Assembly (NCBI GenBank): GCA_030538235.1
Contig: JAUNUJ010000006.1
Span: 17,699 to 81,698, forward strand
Origin: Alcaligenaceae bacterium
GTDB lineage: Bacteria > Pseudomonadota > Gammaproteobacteria > Burkholderiales > Burkholderiaceae_B
DNA length: 64,000 nucleotides
Direction of reading: 5' to 3'
Shown: piece after piece, positions 1 through 8,979 of the stretch
How positions within the stretch are numbered: the stretch's first letter is position 1
Layout of the letters: the number at the start of each line of letters is the position of its first letter
Position numbers and translations under genes: made by a program
Notes under the pieces: model-generated
The model's input: the letters and a program-made list of their open reading frames with translations, nothing else
What the model was told of the DNA's origin: nothing
The model's database searches: none

Positions 1-137
1 CTTTTGGTGGTTTATTAGGGGAACTTAGTTTTCAAGGTGATATTTACCATGCGCTTGAGTGGTTACAGGTGGGGGAGTTATTACAGATAGGGGGAAAAAC
101 GACTTTTGGGCTTGGCTGTTACAGATTGCTAAGTTAG
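1..137 (+). CDS. cas6: CRISPR endoribonuclease Cas6, 3' end only (truncated by window edge)
   Basis: Frame from nt 3 reads FGGLLGELSFQGDIYHALEWLQVGELLQIGGKTTFGLGCYRLLS*, containing the Cas6 C-terminal G-rich loop (GxxxxxGxG); directly upstream of the array leader. Confidence 0.85.
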   Translation, partial: FGGLLGELSFQGDIYHALEWLQVGELLQIGGKTTFGLGCYRLLS

Positions 138-426
138 TTTAATATTTAAGATATTTATGCAGTCTTGTTTTCATACTTATTTTGAACAATAGTCTTATCT
201 TATGACGTTTGAAATTAATTTAAGAAAATAAATTTGAGTGAAAATTTTGTTATAATTTCTTGGTCTCAGAATCAGATTGATCTTTAATAAATTGTAAAAT
301 TTGGTTTTTAATGATTATCACTTGTTATAATGACTGCTCAAAAAATACACAACTTTTTTCTAAAATTTAGAGGCTTTTTTAAGCTATCTAAGCTCTTGAT
401 TTTGTTGAGTATATTTTTGACTTGGA
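138..426 (+). promoter_or_regulatory. CRISPR leader
   Basis: AT-rich non-coding stretch between the cas6 stop and the first intact repeat; the degenerate repeat is at the opposite end of the array. Confidence 0.8.
389..401 (-). promoter_or_regulatory. Putative IHF site in CRISPR leader
   Basis: Minus strand AATCAAGAGCTTA matches WATCAANNNNTTR exactly, ending 25 bp before repeat 1. Confidence 0.5.
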
Positions 427-1720
427 GTCTGAGACATTGCCCTGTAACTAAGGGATTAAGACTTACTTTTTGTAAGGTTGGAGATGGCCTTCTCGGCGTC
501 TGAGACATTGCCCTGTAACTAAGGGATTAAGACCGGGCTTTATATGCCAATGCGGAGGCAACCTGTGTCTGAGACATTGCCCTGTAACTAAGGGATTAAG
601 ACAGTACCCCTTTTCTCCTACCTCCTCTAGTTCATAGTCTGAGACATTGCCCTGTAACTAAGGGATTAAGACTCTGGTTAGACTCACTTAAGGTGGAGAT
701 GGCTTGTCTGAGACATTGCCCTGTAACTAAGGGATTAAGACTTACCAGATATCTGCCAATGCCGCATTGGCTTTGGTCTGAGACATTGCCCTGTAACTAA
801 GGGATTAAGACTCGTTCTTACGATTACATGTTTATATTTTCTTTGTCTGAGACATTGCCCTGTAACTAAGGGATTAAGACGGGAAGGATCAAGTAGATAT
901 TGAGGGCATGACTGTCTGAGACATTGCCCTGTAACTAAGGGATTAAGACTTCTAATAAACCAGTGATTAGCGCTTCTGGTAATGTCTGAGACATTGCCCT
1001 GTAACTAAGGGATTAAGACGGCATATCGTATTCCCGGTCGCAGTAGTTGTTAGGTCTGAGACATTGCCCTGTAACTAAGGGATTAAGACCCTACATTTGA
1101 CGCTTTTATCCGGTGTCACTACTTGTCTGAGACATTGCCCTGTAACTAAGGGATTAAGACAAAACCGGCTTGCCGTATGCCTCAAAGCATGAGGGTCTGA
1201 GACATTGCCCTGTAACTAAGGGATTAAGACCAACTCGGAGTCGCCGTTGTTGTCAACGTCGAGGGTCTGAGACATTGCCCTGTAACTAAGGGATTAAGAC
1301 TAGGCGGGCGGTGCATGACGTTCGGTCGTAGAGAGTCTGAGACATTGCCCTGTAACTAAGGGATTAAGACATGTTAATAAAACCTACAGCTCTTTCCCAA
1401 TCGGTCTGAGACATTGCCCTGTAACTAAGGGATTAAGACCTTGATTGTTAAAGATGGTCGAAAAGAAATTTACGTCTGAGACATTGCCCTGTAACTAAGG
1501 GATTAAGACTCGTAGATAGCCGATTTGAAATCAGCCCCGTTTAAGGTCTGAGACATTGCCCTGTAACTAAGGGATTAAGACTTGGTGCGCTCTCTTGTCG
1601 GCCTCTTCTTTAAGCGTCTGAGACATTGCCCTGTAACTAAGGGATTAAGACGAGGGAAATTCCTCCCCCTCCGCCTCCTCGTATGGTCGGAGACATTGCC
1701 CTGTACTCATTGCTAAGAGA
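427..1720 (+). CRISPR. CRISPR array, 36-bp repeat GTCTGAGACATTGCCCTGTAACTAAGGGATTAAGAC; 18 identical repeats plus 1 degenerate terminal repeat, 18 spacers of 33-36 nt; type III-like
   Basis: Repeats start at 427, 498, 567, 637, 706, 776, 845, 914, 984, 1054, 1125, 1195, 1265, 1335, 1404, 1474, 1546, 1616; degenerate copy at 1686. CCCT/AGGG stem followed by 8-nt ATTAAGAC handle. Confidence 0.98.
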
Positions 1721-1793
1721 TGACGAAACACCGGTGTTACTTGCAGTGTAAAAACGTCCTACAGAAGGTTTAGAACTTCAAGTCAGCATTTAC

Positions 1794-2084
1794 TCATAGC
1801 CGACTAATCAAGAATCGTTCGAGTTTTGCATCGTATGAATCAAGCTCATCAGCGCTTAATTCCTTACCTCTAGCCGACTCTGGAATAAATAAAGACAGAT
1901 TCCAGTATTCTGCACCAACAGCACAGATTACAGCAGCTAAATTGATTGGTAGTGAGCCTATAACAATGTCCCCAGCTTTTATCTCAGATGGGTCAAGATG
2001 TTTTACATGTTTGTCATAGTGGATCTCATTTTTTTGCATCCAATAAAGTGCGCCGGGGTGGCGACTAATGAACCAAGTTGTCAT
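1794..2084 (-). CDS. csx16: CRISPR-associated protein Csx16 (candidate cyclic oligoadenylate ring nuclease)
   Basis: 96 aa with N-terminal TWFISRHPGA and GDIVIGSLPINLAA...GAEYWNLSL motifs typical of Csx16; next to the array. Confidence 0.85.
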   Translation of the reverse strand: MTTWFISRHPGALYWMQKNEIHYDKHVKHLDPSEIKAGDIVIGSLPINLAAVICAVGAEYWNLSLFIPESARGKELSADELDSYDAKLERFLISRL

Positions 2085-2347
2085 GCTTTACAGTACCTAA
2101 ATAAATTCCAATAAAAGCATGATAAAGCACATATTGAATGCTAAGGCTATGCGTAAGCTTGCGGAGATTGTAAAGAGGTTTTGTGCTTAAGATTGTTTGT
2201 ACATGAACTGAACATAGAAGCACCGATGCAAATTCTGATATTTAGGTCAAGATAATCAATGGGAGCTTATCGAATTCAGGTGTAGGTGTTGTTGATTCAG
2301 TGTTATCACACAGTTGATATTAACGGCAATGTAATAATGACCCCCAG

Positions 2348-3953
2348 GAGGTGCGGACAATAACTTGGACTACTTTAGAAAGGTAGAACATGTATTCATA
2401 TGAGCAAATGATTAAAGCGGTGACGCTTTATATCAAACTAGAGAAGCGCACCGCGTTAACTATTCAAACCTTAGGCTACACTACTAAGAAGACCTTAAAA
2501 GCTTGGTTTAAAACCTACCAGCTTCAGGGTGATTTGCCTCAAGGGTATCAACGTAAAAAAACATTGTTTTCGGTAGAACAGAAAACAAACGCAATAAATC
2601 ATTATTTAGAAAATGGTTACAGAATGACGTACACGACACGCTGCCTTGGCTATCCATGTCGGTCGACGCTCCGCAAATGGTTACGGGAGCGACATCCGAA
2701 ACTATTCAAGTCAGAGCACCACATGGCTAAAGCGGCACGTTTTAGCAGTCAACAAAAGACTCAAGCAGTGATTGATCTCTAAACCCGAGAGGGAACAGCA
2801 AAGGAGACCGCTGATGCGGTGGGGGTTAGTCGTTTAACACTTTATAATTGGAGAAATCAATTACTTGCAAATCAGGAGTCGAGTGCTATGAATGACTCAA
2901 CCAAAAAGAAAGAAAACATCAAGCAAGATGATTTACTCAAAGAGAAAGAGACGTTAGAAAAGAAGATCGAACGACTCCGTATGGAGCATGATATTTTAGT
3001 TCAAAGCAATGAATTATTAAAAAAAGACCTGGGTATCGACAAGACAAAACTAACAAATCGTGAGAAAACTCAGCTAGTTGATACCCTAAAAAACGATTAT
3101 TCCCTAATCATGTTGTTGCAGTCGTTAGATCTTGCACGAAGCACCTATTTTTATAATAAGAGTAGACTCAACGCATGTGATAAATATGCAGAAGTAAGAA
3201 TCAAAATAACCAAACTATTTAATGAAAACTATCATTGTTACGGTTATCGACGCATTGTTGGTGCGCTAGAAGCAACATATCGTGGTTTCAGAAAAAGTGA
3301 TACGGCGGCTGATGGTAGAAGAGAATTTAAAAGCAACGGTCATACGAAGAAAAGGCTTTAATGCTTACAGCGGTGAGTTTAATCCTGCCCCAGAGAACCT
3401 ATTAAACAAAAATTTTAAATCAAGCGTCCCTAATGAAAAATGGTTAACGGATATTACTGAAATTCGCATACCAGCAGGAAAAGTTTATTTATCCCCCATC
3501 ATGGATTGCTTCGACGGTTTGATTACCAGTTGGTCGATAGGAACCAGTCCTAAGGCGAAGTTAGTCAACACGATGTTAACTAGCGCGATTGTCACACTGA
3601 AAGACGACCAAAAACCCATAATACATAGTGACCGAGGAGCGCATTATCGCTGGCCGGAATGGATGAGAATTATCGACGAGTCAGGACTTGTACGTTCGAT
3701 GTCGAGAAAAGGATACTCACCTGATAATGCAGCGTGTGAAGGATTTTATGGCCGATTTAAAAACGAATTCCTATATAATCGTGTTTGGAGTAATAACTCA
3801 ATACCAGAGCTGATAGAACAGGTAAATGATTATATTCATTGGTACAACGAAAAGCGTATCAAGCAATCGCTGGGTTATCAAAGCCCCATCCAATATCGGC
3901 AAGAATTAGGATTGATTGGATCATAAATCAGTCCAAGAAAAGATCCGCACCTC
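2348..3953 (+). mobile_element. IS3-family insertion sequence (degenerate)
   Basis: Imperfect 24-bp terminal inverted repeats: GAGGTGCGGACAATAACTTGGACT (2348-2371) vs reverse complement of 3930-3953, 19/24 match; encloses DDE transposase fragments. Confidence 0.8.
2390..3926 (+). pseudogene. IS3-family transposase, interrupted by in-frame TAA at 2780-2782 and a frameshift near 3270
   Basis: The frame continues past the stop into an HTH (TREGTAKETADAVGVSRLTLYNW); the C-terminal part has rve core motifs WLTDITE, HSDRG, DNAACEGF, YNEKRIK. Confidence 0.85.
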
Positions 3954-4038
3954 TCCTTTTAGGGAAAAATGAGATTTTATTGGGTCCAGTTTGTTTCTAA
4001 ATGAGAGACTTCTATTATTTATGGATAAGGAAAAGTTT

Positions 4039-5304
4039 ATGCGTGTACACCTATGTATTCTGTCACAGCAAGTATTGCAAAATATCTTACCTTTGTGTCG
4101 TTTGGAAGCTGACTATGTATACTTAGCAGCATCAGAGGAGATGATTAAACAAAGTAAGGATAAGCAGTTTAGACAATTACTTGTGGATTTGGGTATTGTC
4201 GATGATTTTGATAAAGTTCGAGTTTTGGATTCAATGCCTTCTTATAAGTTCGAACAGATGCGAAAGTGGGCTTTGCAACAAATGCAGTTTGTCTTTGAAA
4301 ATGTGCCTAAAGCACGGATTGTTTTAAACGCAACAGGTGGTACTAAGTTGATGAGCTTGGCTTTGATCGATGTCTGTAGAGAGTTAGAGGGTGAGCATCA
4401 AGTGGATATCATTTATTGTGATACGATCAATGATCAGTTGGAAAATATCTATCCAGTTGTTTACACAGAAACTTTAGCATCGGATCTTCTAAAAACAAAA
4501 GATATTATTAAGGCGCATTCTATACGCATCAATAGAGCGGCCAGTGCTCATCCTGAGTGGCAAAAGGATGTAGAGACACGACGTGAATTGAGTTTTCATC
4601 TAGGTCAGCATATGGGGTCAAAACTAGGCTCTTTTATTGCCACTCTGAATAAAAGCTTAGCTAATGAGTTTGCTGATAAGCTCGAAGAGACGCATTTTCC
4701 GCTAACTATATCCTTAGGGAGTGGTGTTAGCAAGGACTGGAATTACGTTTTAAGGCTAATGGACCACTTAGAGCTGATTAAACTCAAAGCGGACTTGCAA
4801 GGACATAAACCAGCAGTATTTAGTATTTCTTCATTGGAAGCAGCTCGGTATTTACATGGTGGATGGTTAGAGGAGTATTTATGGCTCTGCTTTAAAGAAG
4901 CTGGTATTAGTGATGTACAAAGCTGTGTGCAAATCACCAGTTTGCACGACAATGTAGGATTTAAGGATAATGAATTGGATTTGATTGCTAGTAATCGCAA
5001 TAATTTAGTCATCGTTGAGTGTAAAACAGCCAATATGTCTCATCAACAGGTCTTAAACCGAGCACTCGATAAGCTTTCCGCTTTGAGCAGTCGAAGTGGG
5101 GGGCTATTAGCAGAGCGTTGGTTTGCAACAGCTCGATGGCCTCAGGACGACGAGACAGATGAGGCGGGCAATAACTTAGCTGAAAAGTTTAGATTGCAAG
5201 CAAAAGATCAAAATGTCGTTTTGATTGAACCTCGTCATTTGAATAATTTGGTTGAACGCTTAAAAGTGTGGAAAAAAACCTCCAGATTCCCTCTACAAAA
5301 TTAG
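4039..5304 (+). CDS. Can2/Card1-like (DUF1887) CARF-domain PD-(D/E)xK nuclease
   Basis: N-terminal CARF-like region (VHLCILSQQVLQNILP, LNATGGTKLMS); nuclease motifs GGWLEEY, NELDL, VECKT; ATG at 4039 has an RBS (TAAGGA). Confidence 0.8.
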   Translation: MRVHLCILSQQVLQNILPLCRLEADYVYLAASEEMIKQSKDKQFRQLLVDLGIVDDFDKVRVLDSMPSYKFEQMRKWALQQMQFVFENVPKARIVLNATGGTKLMSLALIDVCRELEGEHQVDIIYCDTINDQLENIYPVVYTETLASDLLKTKDIIKAHSIRINRAASAHPEWQKDVETRRELSFHLGQHMGSKLGSFIATLNKSLANEFADKLEETHFPLTISLGSGVSKDWNYVLRLMDHLELIKLKADLQGHKPAVFSISSLEAARYLHGGWLEEYLWLCFKEAGISDVQSCVQITSLHDNVGFKDNELDLIASNRNNLVIVECKTANMSHQQVLNRALDKLSALSSRSGGLLAERWFATARWPQDDETDEAGNNLAEKFRLQAKDQNVVLIEPRHLNNLVERLKVWKKTSRFPLQN

Positions 5305-5328
5305 AAACTAATACAACTTTAACTACTT

Positions 5329-5358
5329 AAGGCCTGATAATTTAATCAGGTCTTTTAA
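5329..5358 (+). terminator. Intrinsic terminator after CARF nuclease
   Basis: AAGGCCTGAT/ATCAGGTCTT hairpin followed by T run. Confidence 0.55.
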
Positions 5359-5466
5359 ATTTGTTGAAGGCGATGAGTAAAGAATAGAGTAAGGCAAAGT
5401 ATTTTTTAATTTTGCATTGACTGGATAAAGCTAATTAACTTCGTTAGCAACATAGCTGATAAGCCA

Positions 5467-5835
5467 TCACGCATACCTCAACGGTGCGCTCTCAAAGTGT
5501 TTTTTAATCGGTTGAACTCTGCCGGCCCACTCGCCGATCAGCAAGTTTTTATAAGCAGGCCATTGGCTGTCATGCAAGTCATCACACATTGCATGAATAC
5601 CCCAAAACTGTAAATACCACATAGAAGCCAGTGGAAAGATTCTTAGGTCATCTTCCGCCGGTTGGAGTTCGGATGATAGTTGTTGGTAGAGTTGACGTAA
5701 TTCGGCGACGTTTCCTTGGCATAAGAAAACCGAGTTTTGCAGAGGATACCCTTGGGCACTTAGTTGTCGATGCACGCGACGTAAGCGTCGAGGATGAGCG
5801 ATATCGTAAGCAATCAAGTACCAGTACTTAAGCAT
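5467..5835 (-). CDS. cas2: Cas2 with C-terminal extension
   Basis: YLIAYDIAHPRRLRRVHRQL...LQNSVF motif; ATG at 5835 overlaps the cas1 stop. Confidence 0.88.
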   Translation of the reverse strand: MLKYWYLIAYDIAHPRRLRRVHRQLSAQGYPLQNSVFLCQGNVAELRQLYQQLSSELQPAEDDLRIFPLASMWYLQFWGIHAMCDDLHDSQWPAYKNLLIGEWAGRVQPIKKHFESAPLRYA

Positions 5836-6763
5836 CTTGACCTTCCTGTGGTGAGGCCAGTTGGTCAAGGGACTTACTTAACCAGCGGTACATAACTTTT
5901 AATTGCTTGTCCCACAACGGTATTTGGTGATCAAGGGCTTCATAATAGCGTAGACGACCGGCTTTTCCTAATAAGCATTGCTCTGCTTGATGACTAAAAT
6001 CTCTGGGATGCAGAATGTCTTCGTGAAATAAGAAAATAACCCAACTTTCTATTGCCGGACGTAATGGTTCTGTCAGATCACAAGCTAAAGAATGCCTACC
6101 ATGACTAAGACGATGATAAAAACCAAGCCTTGAATCCATTCCTACAGCGATAGCGTGGCGAACAGCTAAATTATGTGCCATCACATAGGATAATGATAAA
6201 ACCGCATTAACCGGGTCTTTGGGAGGGCGACGATTACGGTGAGTGAATTGCAGGGCAGGAGAGGTATATTGGCGTAAAACCTCAAACGCTCGTTGTTGCA
6301 AGGCGCCTTCGATACCGCGGATTTTTTGTTCAGTTATATCAGCTTGTTGCAAAGCAACTAGAGCGCTTTGGGCAAAATCACTCGCCTGACCAAAATGACT
6401 ACTTAACTCACGTTGGCAACGTTTGAATTTCGCTGCACAGAGTGATTGTATAAGTGGGAGTCGCATGCTCTCATTACTCTGCAGCTCATACTGCACTAAA
6501 CGGCGTTTTAATTGTAACGCTTCATCAGCAAATAAAGAAAAGCTGTGTGCATAATAACGTTGATTAATAACGATTAGGTCAATACCGCGTTTTTTTAATT
6601 GACCAATCAGTTGAGTGCTTAAGCGCACATTATGCATACAAACCAATTGCGTGATATGCCTTAAAGGAATCGTGCGTGGCGACTCGTTTTCTGTGCGCAC
6701 AATAATGCAGTCGGTGCTGTACTCGAGCTCCGTGTTGCGTCGGTCAATAATCATCTGCGACAT
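5828..6763 (-). CDS. cas1: Cas1 integrase
   Basis: RGIEG, RNRRPPKDPVNAVLSLSY, LGFYH, SLACDLTEPLRP motifs. Confidence 0.95.
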   Translation of the reverse strand: MSQMIIDRRNTELEYSTDCIIVRTENESPRTIPLRHITQLVCMHNVRLSTQLIGQLKKRGIDLIVINQRYYAHSFSLFADEALQLKRRLVQYELQSNESMRLPLIQSLCAAKFKRCQRELSSHFGQASDFAQSALVALQQADITEQKIRGIEGALQQRAFEVLRQYTSPALQFTHRNRRPPKDPVNAVLSLSYVMAHNLAVRHAIAVGMDSRLGFYHRLSHGRHSLACDLTEPLRPAIESWVIFLFHEDILHPRDFSHQAEQCLLGKAGRLRYYEALDHQIPLWDKQLKVMYRWLSKSLDQLASPQEGQDA

Positions 6764-6774
6764 GTCAAAACATC

Positions 6775-7077
6775 CTATTTAATCACGAGCAAACCGTTAA
6801 GATTGATGAGTTTATTGCCTCCTAGACGATGTGTTTTTAGGGTTTTTGTGGTGCAAACAATAAGTAATTTATCGCTTTCTTCATCTATGCAATCACAGGC
6901 AAAGAGTGCGATTTCGTGCATTTGTCTCTCATCAGCTCGAAATTCAAAGAAGGACTTTTGACGACTGAGTGCTGTTTTTTGTAATTCGCGGCATAACTTG
7001 CTACGCTGTGCATTGGAGTGCATATCATAAGCTAATAACCAGTGCTCTTTATAACTACTAAAAAAGTCATTGTTCAT
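6775..7077 (-). CDS. cas2: Second, divergent Cas2-like protein (start uncertain: 7077, 7110 or 7164)
   Basis: WLLAYDMHSNAQRSKLCRELQKTALSRQKSFFE parallels the Cas2 AYD...R...L......QxSxFE pattern; immediately upstream of cas1. Confidence 0.7.
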   Translation of the reverse strand: MNNDFFSSYKEHWLLAYDMHSNAQRSKLCRELQKTALSRQKSFFEFRADERQMHEIALFACDCIDEESDKLLIVCTTKTLKTHRLGGNKLINLNGLLVIK

Positions 7078-7335
7078 GTTTAATTTCCCGAGAATTACCC
7101 TAGTCTCCATTAAATCAGTTTTTCTTTTTTTAGTGATGGATGATAAGCTTGTGGAATTGTGCATTTGAGGTTTCGGCTCGGGAGATGATAAGCTCGGCTA
7201 AATTGCTTTTAATGAGCACGGCGATAGACTAAGAAACTAAATACCTTTGGTTTTTTAAAATAAACAAATTCCTCTGATTTTCTCGCTATCATAATCAAAA
7301 GCCTTCCCCCAATATTCATTGTTTTCGAGAGTTCC

Positions 7336-7746
7336 ATGCCCCATTTAAGAATCGAGTACTCAAAAAACCTGGACAGTAAACTAGATATTCAAGCGCTATG
7401 TGATGCGTTACTGCAAACAAGTTTAAGCCAGACCGACGCACAGGGTCAGTCTGTATTCCCTGTTGCCGGTACCCGTGTCTTCGCATATCCGGCAAGCTAT
7501 TATGCGGTTGCCGATGGCGGTAGCGAGCGGGCCTTTATTTATATCAATATACGAATTATTGCAGGGCGTCCACCGAGTCTTATCAAGCAAATTGGAGATG
7601 ATTTATCAGCCGTGCTGAGTGATTTTTTGAGCTCTCACTATAAGACTGAAACGATTGCTTATAGCTTGCAGATTGATGAGGGGGCAGAGGTTTATGATAA
7701 TAAGGGCGGTAATCTACGCAGCATCAGCTTTGCTGTCCGTAATTAA
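7336..7746 (+). CDS. 5-carboxymethyl-2-hydroxymuconate isomerase family (tautomerase fold)
   Basis: N-terminal MPH (catalytic Pro1), EYS.NL, GTRV, YAVADG, I.AGR motifs. Confidence 0.8.
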   Translation: MPHLRIEYSKNLDSKLDIQALCDALLQTSLSQTDAQGQSVFPVAGTRVFAYPASYYAVADGGSERAFIYINIRIIAGRPPSLIKQIGDDLSAVLSDFLSSHYKTETIAYSLQIDEGAEVYDNKGGNLRSISFAVRN

Positions 7747-7757
7747 GTAGCTCTTCG

Positions 7758-7789
7758 ACGATGAGAGCGGTGTCCGTATCTCTCATCGT
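7758..7789. terminator. Hairpin between convergent genes
   Basis: ACGATGAGAG...CTCTCATCGT 10-bp inverted repeat. Confidence 0.45.
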
Positions 7790-7809
7790 TCAGTAGTTTA
7801 GTAGCTGTT

Positions 7810-8979
7810 TTAGTCTTTGACTCGTGGCCTTACTGCAAGGCCCGGGTTGTTGATAAATATACGATAAAAAATCGGTATATAAATGCCAAAGGCAAGAGCC
7901 AGTAGTAGACCGGGCAAATGAAACACAAACAAGACAAAATAATCCCTACTGAGTGCACCGAATGAGCGACTTAGGGCCGCCGCAAAAACACATGCTATGG
8001 CCAAGCGACTAAGCCCAGGATAGTAAAGTGCTAAGCTGCTATGTGAAATACCGGCGATAGTAAAGACTTGCATCATCATTAATAGAAAGCCACCAATCAT
8101 GATCAGATGTAATGCCGGGGTGATAGAGCCTAAGGATAAAATAGTCGTTGCGCCCAACCAGACATAGCCTACGCCGATAGTTGCCAGTGTCAGGTAATAC
8201 CAACGGATATAGTATTGTGTCAGTAATACGCGATAGTGCCAATCACGCAATCGACCTAAGATGGCCATTCCAACCGCAACGCTCATCCAAGCACTACTAA
8301 GGGGATTATCGAGGAAGATTTCACTGGCGACAAACAAATAGATAAACCAAAGCGATAGGTTTTTGTAAAAGGGATTCGGTATAAATCGACACGCCGCCAA
8401 AGCGGTATTTTCTAAGGCCGTATTGCCAATCGATTTACCAATCCTAAAGGTAATTAAGGCGACCCCCGCAATAAAAATATGCGCTATTTGTCTAAGCCAA
8501 AATAAACTTGGTTCATAGACATAGCATAGGTTTAGTACAGCTATGGTAAATAGTAAGACCATCACACTGATGATATTGTGGTCACGTGCTTTGATTGAAA
8601 ATAATAAGACGATAGTACTTAAGCTGAGCCAGAATAAACCAAAAGCAATGCCAGCCAGGATCGGTGCAAAGATCGTACTTAACGCACCGCTCAGCCAGAG
8701 GATAAATAGGCTAAAGCTATAGGGTATCAAGCGACGATTATCGTGTGTCCATTCCGGAATCGCAGTCAGGATAAAACCGGCAAAACCCGCACCGCCGGCA
8801 ATATTTAAAAAAGCATAGGCGTGCAATGAGATAGGATCGATGGCGAATGGATAGATTCCTTGTACCACTGAAGGCCAGATAGCGGCAATTAGGATGACAC
8901 TAAAGGCAGACAACAAAAAGTTCAAACGAAAGGGGAAACTAAAAAAATCCTTGATCACCTCAGTGAATGATTTATTCAT
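7810..8979 (-). CDS. nnrS: NnrS family membrane protein
   Basis: PFRL.FL, HAYAF, AGF.LTAIPEWT, HL..IGG motifs; ATG at 8979 overlaps the ATPase stop. Confidence 0.75.
   Translation of the reverse strand: MNKSFTEVIKDFFSFPFRLNFLLSAFSVILIAAIWPSVVQGIYPFAIDPISLHAYAFLNIAGGAGFAGFILTAIPEWTHDNRRLIPYSFSLFILWLSGALSTIFAPILAGIAFGLFWLSLSTIVLLFSIKARDHNIISVMVLLFTIAVLNLCYVYEPSLFWLRQIAHIFIAGVALITFRIGKSIGNTALENTALAACRFIPNPFYKNLSLWFIYLFVASEIFLDNPLSSAWMSVAVGMAILGRLRDWHYRVLLTQYYIRWYYLTLATIGVGYVWLGATTILSLGSITPALHLIMIGGFLLMMMQVFTIAGISHSSLALYYPGLSRLAIACVFAAALSRSFGALSRDYFVLFVFHLPGLLLALAFGIYIPIFYRIFINNPGLAVRPRVKD

Noticed and set aside
754-771. GCCAATG/CATTGGC hairpin inside spacer 5
   Set aside because: Explained by Ala-Asn-Ala-Ala-Leu-Ala codons in the probable target; a single instance
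2085-2347. Possible gene remnant upstream of csx16
   Set aside because: All frames are interrupted by stops and no family motif was recognised
1-7200. Reverse transcriptase or cas10/csm/cmr genes; self-targeting spacers
   Set aside because: None seen in the window; the subtype cannot be fixed and spacer matches need a computed search
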